Shown: positions 7,991-18,712 of the stretch, piece by piece | Numbering within the stretch: position 1 is the first letter of the stretch | Layout of the letters: each line of letters starts with the position of its first letter | DNA from: Nitrosopumilus sp. | GTDB lineage: Archaea; Thermoproteota; Nitrososphaeria; Nitrososphaerales; Nitrosopumilaceae | Direction of reading: 5' to 3' | Length of the DNA stretch: 64,000 nucleotides | Assembly: GCA_965214775.1 (NCBI GenBank) | Contig: OZ243974.1 | Span: 1,536,001 to 1,600,000 of the forward strand | Notes under the pieces: generated by a model | What the model saw: only the letters and a program-made list of their open reading frames with translations | Databases searched by the model: none | Told to the model about the DNA's origin: nothing | Translations under genes and position numbers: made by a program

Positions 7991-10636
7991 ATGAGCAACA
8001 TATGGGAGGTCTGCAAGTTCAGCGACGAGATTGTCTCAGGACATCTGGAGCTGCACAAGTTTGCAGTAGAGCTTCATGATGTAATATCAGGCAAGGCAGA
8101 CCCAGTGTACCAAGATCCAGCCATATTTTTTGATAACACATACCTGACTACTCAGATGCGGAGTGTACTTAGGGATGTATTAATGAGAACAGAACGATCC
8201 ATAGGAAAGCCAGTGACCGTGATTGATACAGGTTTTGGTGGCGGTAAGACACACACGTTAACTCTACTTTACCACATATTCTCCAATCCAGATCTAGGCT
8301 TTGAGTATGCCAAAAAATACGGCATCGATGGTGAGCTTGGCATCGAGTCGATCTCAGATGTCAGAGTTGTTGCAATTGATGGAAGGGATGTCAAGAAAAA
8401 TACTCTGTGGGGGGAGATAGCTGACAAGCTTGGAAAATATGAGTCGGTACAGCAATATGACAAATCTCCAAAACCCATACATGATCTTGACATAATCAAG
8501 GCATTCTTTGACAGGCCTACACTGCTCATGATTGATGAGCTTCCCCACTATCTTAGCACCACACTTGCAGAAAGGATAGGAGATACTACAAAATCCAAGC
8601 TTACAGAAGATTTTCTTTATGCACTGATCAGTTCCGTATCATCTAGTAAGAACAGCGTGTTCATAATGACACTGACAGAGAAACAGCAGCTATACCGCAA
8701 GACCGTAGATCGTATAAAATCAACGATAGCGGAGACAGATACGGTCATAGAGGGATTAAAACAGACTCTCTCACGTCAGACCAACATAATCAATCCGGTT
8801 ACAAAAGATGAGATTTATGACGTAATACGACAACGGCTGATCAGGGAAATAAACGAGGATGAAAAAAAGAACACCGTACAAGAATATCTGGATTATTACA
8901 CGGATCAGGGATTGATAACCGATCCAAAGTTTCAAGACAGGCTGGAAAAATCCTACCCGTTACACCCGGAATTAATTGACATGCTGTACGAGAGGGTCTC
9001 AACCATATCAAAATTCAACCAGACAAGAGGAACCCTGAGACTTCTTGCACTAGTGCTAAATGACATATACGCGAACAGGAGAAATTGCCAGCTGGTCTCT
9101 GTGGGAGACATCAACTTTGAGTCAGCGCCTATTGTAGACGAGATTACCGCAAAGATAGACAGAAACGAGTTCAAAAAGATCATAGACACAGACTGTATAG
9201 AGCACGCAAGGGAGCTGGATCGTACAAAAAACATCAAGATAGTAGAACAGGTGGGCAAGACGATATACCTTCATTCACTGCATGAGACACCCAACAAGAA
9301 ATCCGGCATTACCTCCAATCAGATAAAACTGGTCGTTGGAAGGCCAGGCATTGATTCGTCTCTTGTGGAAAAGGCCCTTTTGGACGACGTTAGAAAGTAT
9401 TTTTGGTACATAAAAGAGAGCAACGGGCAGTTTTACTTTGTTGATGCGGTAAATGAGAATGCAATAATTGCCGAATATGCAAAAAACATAACGTCGCAAG
9501 AGATCGACGAGCAGGTTCGGGCGGAGCTTGTCACCCTTTCGAGGGGAATCTTCAAGCCCATAGTCTGGACAGATGACATCGAAGACGGCCAAAAGCTGAA
9601 ACTGTACCTGTTTCACTATAGGGCAGGTAATGACATCAAGACAAAGATTGTACACATGCTAGGATATGCGAGGGACAACTCTGCGCGTAGGTATCAAAAC
9701 ACTATAGTGTTTGTTTATGCTGACGCTGGAAGAGTGTACCTGATAGAGAAATATGCCAGAGAGTTGGTGGCAATAAAAAAGAGCAAAAAAGACGAGCGGA
9801 TAAAAGCAGACAAGACGTTTCTGCAAAACATCACGCAAAAAGAAGAGCAATCAAAAGGAAACCTAAGCAATGCGTGTCTTACATCCTACAACCACATCGG
9901 ATATCCGAACGGCCCGGAACCAAGACTGGACGTGATGTCGCACGCAGATATGACCAGCAATACAATCGGGGAGATGGCAAGCGAGTTTTTGAGTAAAAAG
10001 GGCAAGATGATACCTGAGATTGGACGTGATGCCATAATAGTAGAGTCGTGCAAAAAAGTAGAAGACATTTACAACGAGTTTCTTTATGACAAACGTAAGA
10101 AGTTCCTACAAGACATGACATCGGTAAAACAGGCGGTGTCTGACGGGGTGAACGAGGGACTGTTTGGATATGCAAGCGAGCTTGAAAAGTTAGATGAGGG
10201 ATACGTTGGCGAAATATCGAAAAAAGTTGACGTAGAGTTTTCAGGCTATGTAATACACAAGGATCATGTAAGGTCAAATTCCAAACTAGAACCTACAAAT
10301 GGATCTGGCCTGCAGGAGACGGGAGATCCTGGGAATAGAGAAGATCAGCACCAATACAAAATCCCACTAAATACGATTGATAGCACTCTTGGTATCCTAG
10401 ATATCCTAATCATAGGCGATTTTGCAAACATGCAAAAAAACATGAACGTGAAAGCACAGCTGGTAGGAAATACTGAAGTATCACTATCCAGCAAGCTGGG
10501 GGATGTTAATGCAGTAAAAAACATGATCAAGAGTTTCAAGTCATATAGTGAAGGCACCTTTGGTGGCCATCTAGAGTTGCGATCTGCTGACGACATATCC
10601 GAGAAGCTAGAGAAGCATGATCTGGTGTTTGAATGA
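7991..10636 (+). CDS. DUF499-family AAA+ ATPase
   Basis: FFDNTYLT, Walker A GFGGGKTH, Walker B LLMIDE, SYPLHP, FNQTRGTLRLLA. Confidence 0.88.
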   Translation: MSNIWEVCKFSDEIVSGHLELHKFAVELHDVISGKADPVYQDPAIFFDNTYLTTQMRSVLRDVLMRTERSIGKPVTVIDTGFGGGKTHTLTLLYHIFSNPDLGFEYAKKYGIDGELGIESISDVRVVAIDGRDVKKNTLWGEIADKLGKYESVQQYDKSPKPIHDLDIIKAFFDRPTLLMIDELPHYLSTTLAERIGDTTKSKLTEDFLYALISSVSSSKNSVFIMTLTEKQQLYRKTVDRIKSTIAETDTVIEGLKQTLSRQTNIINPVTKDEIYDVIRQRLIREINEDEKKNTVQEYLDYYTDQGLITDPKFQDRLEKSYPLHPELIDMLYERVSTISKFNQTRGTLRLLALVLNDIYANRRNCQLVSVGDINFESAPIVDEITAKIDRNEFKKIIDTDCIEHARELDRTKNIKIVEQVGKTIYLHSLHETPNKKSGITSNQIKLVVGRPGIDSSLVEKALLDDVRKYFWYIKESNGQFYFVDAVNENAIIAEYAKNITSQEIDEQVRAELVTLSRGIFKPIVWTDDIEDGQKLKLYLFHYRAGNDIKTKIVHMLGYARDNSARRYQNTIVFVYADAGRVYLIEKYARELVAIKKSKKDERIKADKTFLQNITQKEEQSKGNLSNACLTSYNHIGYPNGPEPRLDVMSHADMTSNTIGEMASEFLSKKGKMIPEIGRDAIIVESCKKVEDIYNEFLYDKRKKFLQDMTSVKQAVSDGVNEGLFGYASELEKLDEGYVGEISKKVDVEFSGYVIHKDHVRSNSKLEPTNGSGLQETGDPGNREDQHQYKIPLNTIDSTLGILDILIIGDFANMQKNMNVKAQLVGNTEVSLSSKLGDVNAVKNMIKSFKSYSEGTFGGHLELRSADDISEKLEKHDLVFE

Positions 10637-10992
10637 GAATATACCACCACACACTGGAGAGAAGCAAGAGTCGAAAGTCAATCATCTTCAAGGTCCATGT
10701 GGATGACAGGTTTGGCAAACAGAGGATAAACCAGGCCCTACTGTCCGGTTGGCGCGCCAAACTTGCAGAAAAGCGCCTGTTTTTTGACAAGGATGACTGG
10801 GACGACGACGTTGCTCGAAAGTTTGTCGGAATTATGGTTCTAAAGATTGCCCGTGATGAGTATCAAGGGACACATTTTCTCAATAATGTGGATGCTGAGA
10901 GCAACATGGAGATTCATTTCTGGGCATACCAGTTTCTGTCAAACAAAAAGGCATCACACGCGTGGAAGATCCTAAACGGTGATATCCAGTGA
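10633..10992 (+). CDS. Small accessory protein of the DUF499 operon (positional equivalent of DUF3780)
   Basis: Overlaps both neighbours by 4 bp; family assignment is positional only. Confidence 0.55.
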   Translation: MRIYHHTLERSKSRKSIIFKVHVDDRFGKQRINQALLSGWRAKLAEKRLFFDKDDWDDDVARKFVGIMVLKIARDEYQGTHFLNNVDAESNMEIHFWAYQFLSNKKASHAWKILNGDIQ

Positions 10993-13616
10993 AACACGCA
11001 GTAATAGAAGACTCCAACGTCGAGGTTATGGAGTTTTTTAATCGGGTTGGCAGGGCGTCGAAAAACGAGAAACAGGCCACGATTAGCCTCAATCAGATGA
11101 TGTACTGGTGGACCCGCAAACCGCTTGTGGTCGGAAAGGCCATGGCACTGACAAGCCTGTTTGATAGGCTATCTGACGTGGAGCAGTTTTTGGGGCTTGA
11201 CTCATCAAAGCCATACGATCACATTCCTGATACTGCCACGTTTGCAAAAAAACTTGGGGTTGACCCAAAAACAATTGGCATGTTAGATCCGTTTGCAGGT
11301 TCAGGCAATCTGATGTTTCCCGCCGTACAACTTGGCCTTGATGTTACTGCATCGGACTATAACCCGCTGGCATGGTTGATAGAAAAATGCGCGCTTGAAT
11401 ATCCTGCAAAACACGGTCGTAATTTGCATGAGGATTTTGTCAAATATGCCAACAAGGCATTGGAAGAGACTAAAAAAGCAGTGGGAAAGTATTTTCAAGA
11501 TTCCTACCTCACATACCTGTGGTGTTGGTGCATACGATGTCCATACTGTTCACAGAGGTTTCCTCTTACAAACCACATGTATGTTGTGAAAACTGAAAAA
11601 AGAAAGATCGGCATACGGATAATTCCAAAAGACAAAGATTTTAGCACAAAGATAGTCAATAACATATCTAAAGAAGATGGCGACAAATACACGCAGAAAA
11701 GAGGCAAGGCTGTTTGCATATCATGTACCAACACAATACAATACGATGTAATTACAAAGGACATTACGGAACATAAGGATCGCGAGATAATTGCGATACA
11801 GGTTCAAAAGAAAAAAGGCAGGGATTATATCATTCCAACAGAAAAAGACAAAAAGACATATCGTGATGCCGTACAACACTTTAAGACAAAATATGATGAA
11901 TTTGAAAAACAGAATCTAATACCCAAGGAAGAAGTTCTTGCAAGTCATAGAAAAAAAAATACTTTGTGGAACTATGGAATAACCACATGGGATCAGTACT
12001 TTGATGAGCGTCAGATGCTTGTACTGTGTACCTTTATGCAAAACATCAAAAAAACATGCGACGGCATTCCAGACAAGTCATACCGCAAAGTAATTTCCGC
12101 ATATCTTGCATTTATTCTAGCCAAGCGTGTTGACAATGCAGGGTTTGGTGTTGTTTGGAGTTCAGGACGAGAGATGCCAGCACATCTACTGTCTATGCGT
12201 CGACCTAGCATTTCTTATAATTTTGCTGAATCAAATCCATTTGAAAAAATAAGTGGCAGTATTACAAACATAATCAGATCCATATATCATGCTATAGAAT
12301 TCACAAAAAGATTACACAATGTAGCAATATGCAAAAATCAATCTATCACAAAAACATCAAAAAAACAATACGATGTTATAATTACAGATCCTCCATATGG
12401 AGATGATGTTCAATATGGGGAACTATCAGAGTTTTTTTACGTGTGGATTCACAAGGTACTCTGTCAATATTATGATCTGCCGACGCGCATTCCACTCGAT
12501 GAAGATTACTGTGAGAGCCAGGGGCGTTTTAGCAGCAAGGAAAAGGCAAAAAAATTCTTTGGCGCTGGGCTCGAAAAATCATTTAGGGCAATAAATGCAA
12601 GACTCAAAGACGATGGACTGGCAGTAATCCTTTTTGCCCATTCAAGCACGGAGACATGGAACCAATTTCTCGCGGCAATACAGGAGGCAAAACTGCGGAT
12701 AGTATCAAGCTATGCAATACATACAGAAATGTCAACAAACGTAATTGCCCAGAACAAGGCATCATTCATGTCATCCATAATGGTAACGTGCAGAAAGATA
12801 ATCGGGGAATCAGTACAGTACTTTGAGGATCTGATACCTGAGATAGACGATGGCGTGAAAAAGATACTGGACGGCATTTCAGAGCAAAGACTTTTGACAC
12901 TGTCCATAACCGACCTGCTGGTTATGGTGTATGGAAAAGTGCTAGAGGTATCAACCCAGCACACGGTTCTGAAGAGCTATGCAAAAGACTTTGCACCAGA
13001 CTTTGAGATGCTCATAAAAGACGCCCGCAGTACGATCATTAAGCAGCTTGTAGTCAAACTATTAAAAAAACAGCCGGATATCGTGGGATCCCGAATGGCG
13101 TTTTACATAATCAACAAGGTGTTCAACAACGGTAAAGTTTCAGCCGACGATGCGCTGAAAATAGCACAGGCATACAACACAAGCCTTGCCGAGCTAAGCA
13201 GCGATGGAGTAATAACACAAAACAAGGGAGTAGCACGCCTTCAAAGCCTAAAGCAAGACATGGACTACGAGCCAGAAACAATTGATCCGCAGAACCTGCA
13301 CCAGCAGCTGTGCTATCTTGCATCACACGAGTCAGACATGGCCGAGTTACTGCACCACGACAACATACTGGAAAACGATCTAAAGCCCATTGTGAGCCTC
13401 TTGCTCAAAAACTACAATATGAAGAGAAATCAGGGATACAATCCAACTCCTGATGACAGTGAGGAGATCCAGATACTGACCACCATGGCAGATCATATGG
13501 GGATAGCAGTAGAGCAAGATTCCCACTACAGAGGAAAGGGGGCCAGAACCAAAAAGGCGAGGGCTAAAAAGAGCATGGGAGACGAGAACCAGTCTCGTTT
13601 GGAGAAATGGAAGTAG
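10989..13616 (+). CDS. DUF1156-type adenine DNA methyltransferase with Zn-ribbon
   Basis: YWWTRKPL, SAM motif LDPFAGSG, CPYC/CISC Zn-ribbon, catalytic TDPPY. Confidence 0.88.
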   Translation: MKHAVIEDSNVEVMEFFNRVGRASKNEKQATISLNQMMYWWTRKPLVVGKAMALTSLFDRLSDVEQFLGLDSSKPYDHIPDTATFAKKLGVDPKTIGMLDPFAGSGNLMFPAVQLGLDVTASDYNPLAWLIEKCALEYPAKHGRNLHEDFVKYANKALEETKKAVGKYFQDSYLTYLWCWCIRCPYCSQRFPLTNHMYVVKTEKRKIGIRIIPKDKDFSTKIVNNISKEDGDKYTQKRGKAVCISCTNTIQYDVITKDITEHKDREIIAIQVQKKKGRDYIIPTEKDKKTYRDAVQHFKTKYDEFEKQNLIPKEEVLASHRKKNTLWNYGITTWDQYFDERQMLVLCTFMQNIKKTCDGIPDKSYRKVISAYLAFILAKRVDNAGFGVVWSSGREMPAHLLSMRRPSISYNFAESNPFEKISGSITNIIRSIYHAIEFTKRLHNVAICKNQSITKTSKKQYDVIITDPPYGDDVQYGELSEFFYVWIHKVLCQYYDLPTRIPLDEDYCESQGRFSSKEKAKKFFGAGLEKSFRAINARLKDDGLAVILFAHSSTETWNQFLAAIQEAKLRIVSSYAIHTEMSTNVIAQNKASFMSSIMVTCRKIIGESVQYFEDLIPEIDDGVKKILDGISEQRLLTLSITDLLVMVYGKVLEVSTQHTVLKSYAKDFAPDFEMLIKDARSTIIKQLVVKLLKKQPDIVGSRMAFYIINKVFNNGKVSADDALKIAQAYNTSLAELSSDGVITQNKGVARLQSLKQDMDYEPETIDPQNLHQQLCYLASHESDMAELLHHDNILENDLKPIVSLLLKNYNMKRNQGYNPTPDDSEEIQILTTMADHMGIAVEQDSHYRGKGARTKKARAKKSMGDENQSRLEKWK

Positions 13617-16600
13617 GCAGCAGCGTGAGAACCCCGGACGGCACGGGCACAATCACCGGCATGGACGCCCGATCGGCCAAGGTTCAGACTGGCACGGGTT
13701 CCAAGTGGTATGAGCTTGATACCTTGGACATGATATATGACCCGATTGCAAAGATGTGCAAAAAGCAGATCGATGACTGCCTCCAGTTTGCCACGGGGAT
13801 TGATGCGCACCGCCTCTACACAGAATACCGGTTCAATCCGTATGTCCTTGCAGCATCAACCAAGATCAAGATATTCCCCCACCAGATAAACGAGGTGATG
13901 TGGGGGCTTGAGAACCCTAGAATAATGATTGCCGACGAGGTGGGGCTTGGAAAGACGATAATTGCAGCGTTGATCGTGTCGGAGCTCCGCGCACGCGGCA
14001 CTGCAAAGCGCCTTCTTTTTGTGGTTCCAAAGTCCCTGCAGATAAAATGGAAGATTGAGCTTGAGCAAAGATTTGACATTCCAACCAAGATACTGAATTC
14101 AGAATATGTGAAGAACAATCCAGAACCGTTTGAAGGCGAGTTTTCATTTGTAGCATCAATGGACTATCTAAAACAGGAACACATCATATCCAGGCTCAAT
14201 GAAGAGATTGATGTGGTGGTGGTAGACGAGGCTCACAAAATGAAAAAGGGCACATCCAGGCTGAAGCTGGGAGAGCATCTTGCGTCAAAAACAGACACCA
14301 TGATACTTCTTACCGCAACCCCGCACGACGGTCGCGACGAGGACTTTATGGCCCGCATGAACATGCTGGACAGCTTTGTATCTGACATACGAACCGCCTC
14401 GTACCTGTGGACGCGTACCACAAAGGAGGACGTAGTAGACATCGAAGGAAAGAAGGTGTTTCCCGACAGGACAAGCAAGACAGTAGACATTGCGCTACTA
14501 AACAAGGAGCGCGACGTGATCAAGTTGCTGGAGGGGTACTTTGATCACATACAGTCAAACGTAAAGACGCCACGTGAGGAGAACATGATCAGGTTCCTTA
14601 GGCACATATACCGAAAAAGGGCCAGCTCGTCACTGCACTCACTGGGAATATCCCTAAGGCGCAGAATAGACAAGCTTGGCACAGCAGATACCGACATAGA
14701 AAGCGCACTGACCAAGCTGGACTATGACTATAGCGAGGACATAGAATTTGAGGACATTGAAGGGTATGAGGGATTCACCATATCCGACGTGGAACGTGAA
14801 AAGGAGATGTTGACAGAAATCACAAAGCATCTGGAGCAGATTGGTTGTGATTCCAAGCTGGATCATCTGAGGCGGTTCATCAAGACGCTAAAGGAGGACA
14901 GGCCGGATGCAAAACTGGTACTCTTTACAGAATACCGCGACACGCTGGACTATCTTGCGGCATCTCTTGATTATGAGATTGGAAAGATAGACGGTACCAT
15001 GTCGATAACAGAGCGTCAAGACGAGCTTGAAAAATTCAAAAAATCAGACGGGTACGAAGTCATGCTGTGCACAGATGCGGCGGGGGAGGGAATAGACATG
15101 CAGTTTTGTAACGTGGAGATAAACTATGATCTCCCGTGGAACCCAAACAGGCTTGAGCAAAGGATGGGCAGAATACACAGGATAGGACAGGATCAGAATG
15201 TCTTTTATTACAATTTTGTGGTAGATTCCAAATCAAGCATTGACGGATACATAATGCAAAAACTGCTTGAAAAAATCGAGCAGATAAAGGCGGCGATGGG
15301 CGACAAGGTGTATGACGTAGTGGGCTCGCTCATAGGATCAGAGGAATTTGGAAGGTACTATGACGAGCTGCGTAAGATACCGAGGGACCAATGGGAGCCG
15401 AAGATTGCTGTCCTGATGTCCGCAATAGAGGCCATGCGGTACGATGTTTTGGAGAAGAGGAAGATGCTGCTGGAGGGAAACAGGCTTGATTCTACAAAGC
15501 TTGAAGACATACAAAAGATACGCAATACTGCCATAGTAATAGACGAGGTAAAGCGGTTTTTGCAGGTGTTTGTAGAGACAAATGGGGGGAGGATGAACCG
15601 CATTGACTCTGACAAGGAGCTATACAGCATACGCCTTTCTGAGAGGCATTCAAAGGAGCTTGGATTAGGCGAGATCGTCGGGACCTTTGACGGAACAACT
15701 GCAGAAAAAGAGTCATACGAGTACCTTGCGCTTGGAAACCACAGCATAGAAAAGATACTGAGAAAGGCAGCATCAGATCATGTTGCATCACTTGGACACG
15801 AGAGCCAGGAAGGAGTATTGTGCATATACAAGATAACCATAACCGACGGCCAGGCAAAACAAAGGGACTCCAAGATAATTGCGATATTTGAGCAATCCGA
15901 CGGCGTCATATATCAGGTTGATGAGAGAAGCGTGTGGACATACAAACAGTCAGATAGAGAGGTCAACATAGATTTTGCCACAAGTGCAAGCAAACGAATA
16001 GAGACGATTGCATCCAGCATGGCACAGAAACAAAAAGAGTCCATAGATCGCAAATTAAGAGAGATCAAAAAGAAGACCAAAACTGCACGTAACGGATACT
16101 ATGCAAAAAAGATAAGCGATATAAAAGTGAGAATGGGCGAGCTGCAACAAAACGACGACGGGCCTCATGTTGAAAGAATAATAGATGAACGCAAAAGAAA
16201 AATAAAGACACTAGAAAAGCAGGCGGATATCGAGTACCAAAAACTGGACAGGCAATTTAATACCGCCACCAGGATAGACCTGATTGGAATTGCACAGGTG
16301 ACTGCAGATGATGGCGCAGACATTCGCATACGCATAGACGAAGCTGGAATGAAGGCAGTCCTTGAATCGGAAAGAAAAAGGGCACCAGACGAGCATGCCG
16401 TAAAACAGCTTGAGGACTGCTCCAAGAAAAACTGCGGGTATGACGTAGTATCATTTGACAGAAAAATAGAGGTAAAATCGCACAAAAAGTCCGGCAGCAT
16501 AATGCTGACTGACCACGAATGGAAGACGGCAGAAAGGTTGCAGGATGAATACTGGCTTTACGTGGTAGAATACGTATTTGAAAATCCACACATAACGGCG

Positions 16601-16699
16601 ATACAAAACCCGGCATCGAAATTCCACGGCCACATAGAAAAAATTCCAGCCAAGCAGTTCAGATGGGTGATCCATGACTGGAAAGAGAGATCTACCTAG
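13607..16699 (+). CDS. SNF2-family helicase with C-terminal DUF3883 (PD-(D/E)XK) nuclease
   Basis: ADEVGLGKT, VVDEAH, LTATP, EGIDMQ, QRMGRIHRIGQ; C-terminal GYDVVS..IEVKS..EW..YWLYVV. Confidence 0.9.
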   Translation: MEVGSSVRTPDGTGTITGMDARSAKVQTGTGSKWYELDTLDMIYDPIAKMCKKQIDDCLQFATGIDAHRLYTEYRFNPYVLAASTKIKIFPHQINEVMWGLENPRIMIADEVGLGKTIIAALIVSELRARGTAKRLLFVVPKSLQIKWKIELEQRFDIPTKILNSEYVKNNPEPFEGEFSFVASMDYLKQEHIISRLNEEIDVVVVDEAHKMKKGTSRLKLGEHLASKTDTMILLTATPHDGRDEDFMARMNMLDSFVSDIRTASYLWTRTTKEDVVDIEGKKVFPDRTSKTVDIALLNKERDVIKLLEGYFDHIQSNVKTPREENMIRFLRHIYRKRASSSLHSLGISLRRRIDKLGTADTDIESALTKLDYDYSEDIEFEDIEGYEGFTISDVEREKEMLTEITKHLEQIGCDSKLDHLRRFIKTLKEDRPDAKLVLFTEYRDTLDYLAASLDYEIGKIDGTMSITERQDELEKFKKSDGYEVMLCTDAAGEGIDMQFCNVEINYDLPWNPNRLEQRMGRIHRIGQDQNVFYYNFVVDSKSSIDGYIMQKLLEKIEQIKAAMGDKVYDVVGSLIGSEEFGRYYDELRKIPRDQWEPKIAVLMSAIEAMRYDVLEKRKMLLEGNRLDSTKLEDIQKIRNTAIVIDEVKRFLQVFVETNGGRMNRIDSDKELYSIRLSERHSKELGLGEIVGTFDGTTAEKESYEYLALGNHSIEKILRKAASDHVASLGHESQEGVLCIYKITITDGQAKQRDSKIIAIFEQSDGVIYQVDERSVWTYKQSDREVNIDFATSASKRIETIASSMAQKQKESIDRKLREIKKKTKTARNGYYAKKISDIKVRMGELQQNDDGPHVERIIDERKRKIKTLEKQADIEYQKLDRQFNTATRIDLIGIAQVTADDGADIRIRIDEAGMKAVLESERKRAPDEHAVKQLEDCSKKNCGYDVVSFDRKIEVKSHKKSGSIMLTDHEWKTAERLQDEYWLYVVEYVFENPHITAIQNPASKFHGHIEKIPAKQFRWVIHDWKERST

Positions 16700-16930
16700 A
16701 GTCAGGTTTTGATCCGGTAACAAAATGTGCTACTGTTATCCAACTCTGCGGATCATCTGGATTATTTTTAAAGTACTTTTCAAACGATAAAAAGATTCTA
16801 TCATCCGTTTATTTTTTGGATTTTCTGCTGTATAGAAATAGCAAAAGACGACATGGATCCTCGTAGGAAAGACTCGGGTTAATTACAGATCACTTCTCTG
16901 CACATGAGAGTGTTTTTCACATCAGTTCGG

Positions 16931-17221
16931 TTACTTGATTCTGCTGCCAAACGCTCTCAGCATAGCATCAAGGCCGGCAATCCTGCCTTCCAGATACTTG
17001 ATCCTTTCATCCGGCGGCAGGTATCTTGCATGCTCTTGCACGCCCTTGAGATACCTGGCAAACGACCTGTCAAACGTCCTGTCCGTCATTTTGATCCCCT
17101 TGCACAGATTCTGCAGGTTCAGGCCATCAAGCTCGGACTTTTTGCCCAAGAACAGCTGGGACTTGCCTGCCAGAAAATACAGATATTCCGTCCCGTGGTT
17201 TGTCCTGACTACGATCCCCAT
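16931..17221 (-). CDS. Small hypothetical protein divergent from integrase
   Basis: Protein-like composition with ATG start; implies the 16904-17365 extension of the integrase ORF is spurious. Confidence 0.55.
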   Translation of the reverse strand: MGIVVRTNHGTEYLYFLAGKSQLFLGKKSELDGLNLQNLCKGIKMTDRTFDRSFARYLKGVQEHARYLPPDERIKYLEGRIAGLDAMLRAFGSRIK

Positions 17222-17365
17222 GCCTGTGTATTGTTAGCGTACAAATCATTAAATAAGCGTATGTGTATTCTAAGAATACACAAAATGACATGCCAGAAAC
17301 ACCCCAAAGGACAAATAGATCTCAAACCATATCAAGGCAATGAAGTCGCCGAGAGGCTGACCGAT

Positions 17366-18568
17366 ATGGGAAAAAACAAGCTTGCTACAAGAAAAGACAC
17401 TGTCAAAAAACAGGCAAAGGCAACGCGGCTGCTGGCACATCCTGACGTGCGGAGGTGGTACGACAACCTTGCGCGCGGGAGCGTGCTTACGGCAAACAAC
17501 TCGCTACGATGCATTGACAAGTTCTGCGAGACACACAGCATGTCTCCGGCCGAGCTGGCAGATCTCGGAGTAAGGGATCTGAGGGCAGTCACGGACCTCA
17601 TCGAGGATCACGTCACCATGATGGAGTCCGAGAACTACTCGTCAGGATACGTGACCCTGACCGTCCAGATCATAAAGTCCTGGCTGAGGCACTCTGACGT
17701 GGTGATCAAGCGCAGGATAAAGGTGACCCCCAACAGGAACCAGAAGACAATCCAGGGCGAGCGCGTTCCAAACGCGCAGGAAATGTCCGAGATATACGGC
17801 CGCGCGGGACTGCGGGAGTCAGTCATAATATCCCTGATGAGCAAGTCCGGGCTGAGGCCTGAGACCATAGGCAACCATGACGGCACGGACGGGCTGTGCA
17901 TGAGCGATCTTCCGGACGTGGTGATACACCAGGGAACGGCAAAGTGCATAAGGACGCCGTGCATGGTGACTGTAAGGGGCACGCTGTCAAAGGCACGCCA
18001 CCAGTACTTTACGTTCATGACTGCGTCTGCAACCAGGAACCTCACGGCATACCTCAATGACAGGCTCGCCCACGGGGAGCCGCTGCACGGGAGCTCGCCG
18101 GTGGTGGCGCCGGATCACGTCCACAAGACGAATCGGGGCCGCAACAGGGACAAGAAATTCCTCATCACGACACAGGTAAGCCACCTGGTGCGCAAGACGT
18201 TCAGGCCGAGGTTCACGTGGAGGCCCTACGTACTGCGCGCGTACTTTGATACGCAGCTGCTGATTGCCGAGTCCAGGGGAAGGATTGCGCATGACTTTCG
18301 CGTCTTCTTTATGGGGCACAGGGGAAGCATGGAGGCGCGATACACCACGAACAAGGGCGTGCTGCCAGACGTCCTGCTAGACGAGATGCGGGACGCATTC
18401 GGACGATCCGAGGAGCACCTGGACCAGGCAGAAGCAGATCCTACACTGGAACAAAAGCAGGAGGCGCTGCGGATGATAGAGGGGGCCACACCGGATCAGC
18501 TCGGGCGCGTGCTAGAGGCACTGCAGACGGTGCCGGCAATACGCGCCGGGGCAGATCGTGGCAGATAG
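17366..18568 (+). CDS. Tyrosine recombinase/integrase (archaeal type); C-terminal tail appears frameshifted
   Basis: SGLRPE (Arg), LSKAR (Lys), PYVLRAYF, FMGH, ARY (Tyr); homologous to 62603..63922. Confidence 0.85.
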   Translation: MGKNKLATRKDTVKKQAKATRLLAHPDVRRWYDNLARGSVLTANNSLRCIDKFCETHSMSPAELADLGVRDLRAVTDLIEDHVTMMESENYSSGYVTLTVQIIKSWLRHSDVVIKRRIKVTPNRNQKTIQGERVPNAQEMSEIYGRAGLRESVIISLMSKSGLRPETIGNHDGTDGLCMSDLPDVVIHQGTAKCIRTPCMVTVRGTLSKARHQYFTFMTASATRNLTAYLNDRLAHGEPLHGSSPVVAPDHVHKTNRGRNRDKKFLITTQVSHLVRKTFRPRFTWRPYVLRAYFDTQLLIAESRGRIAHDFRVFFMGHRGSMEARYTTNKGVLPDVLLDEMRDAFGRSEEHLDQAEADPTLEQKQEALRMIEGATPDQLGRVLEALQTVPAIRAGADRGR

Positions 18569-18712
18569 CGAGGATGCGGAGAGGCTCATTGCCGACGGCT
18601 GCACGTTTGTCGGCGTCCTGCCAAACGCCAGGGTGGTTCTTCAAAGAAGGGATATGTGAGACCGCAGTGGCGCGACATACCCTTATATTTTGGGTTCAAA
18701 GGTCGGTAATAA

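Noticed and set aside
13607-16699. PbeA/DndFGH partner of the dnd operon
   Set aside because: No PLD (HKD) motif seen; it is embedded in the DUF499 operon about 25 kb away
16904-17365. N-terminal extension of the integrase ORF
   Set aside because: Overlaps a more plausible opposite-strand gene; similarity to the second integrase starts only near DVRRWY
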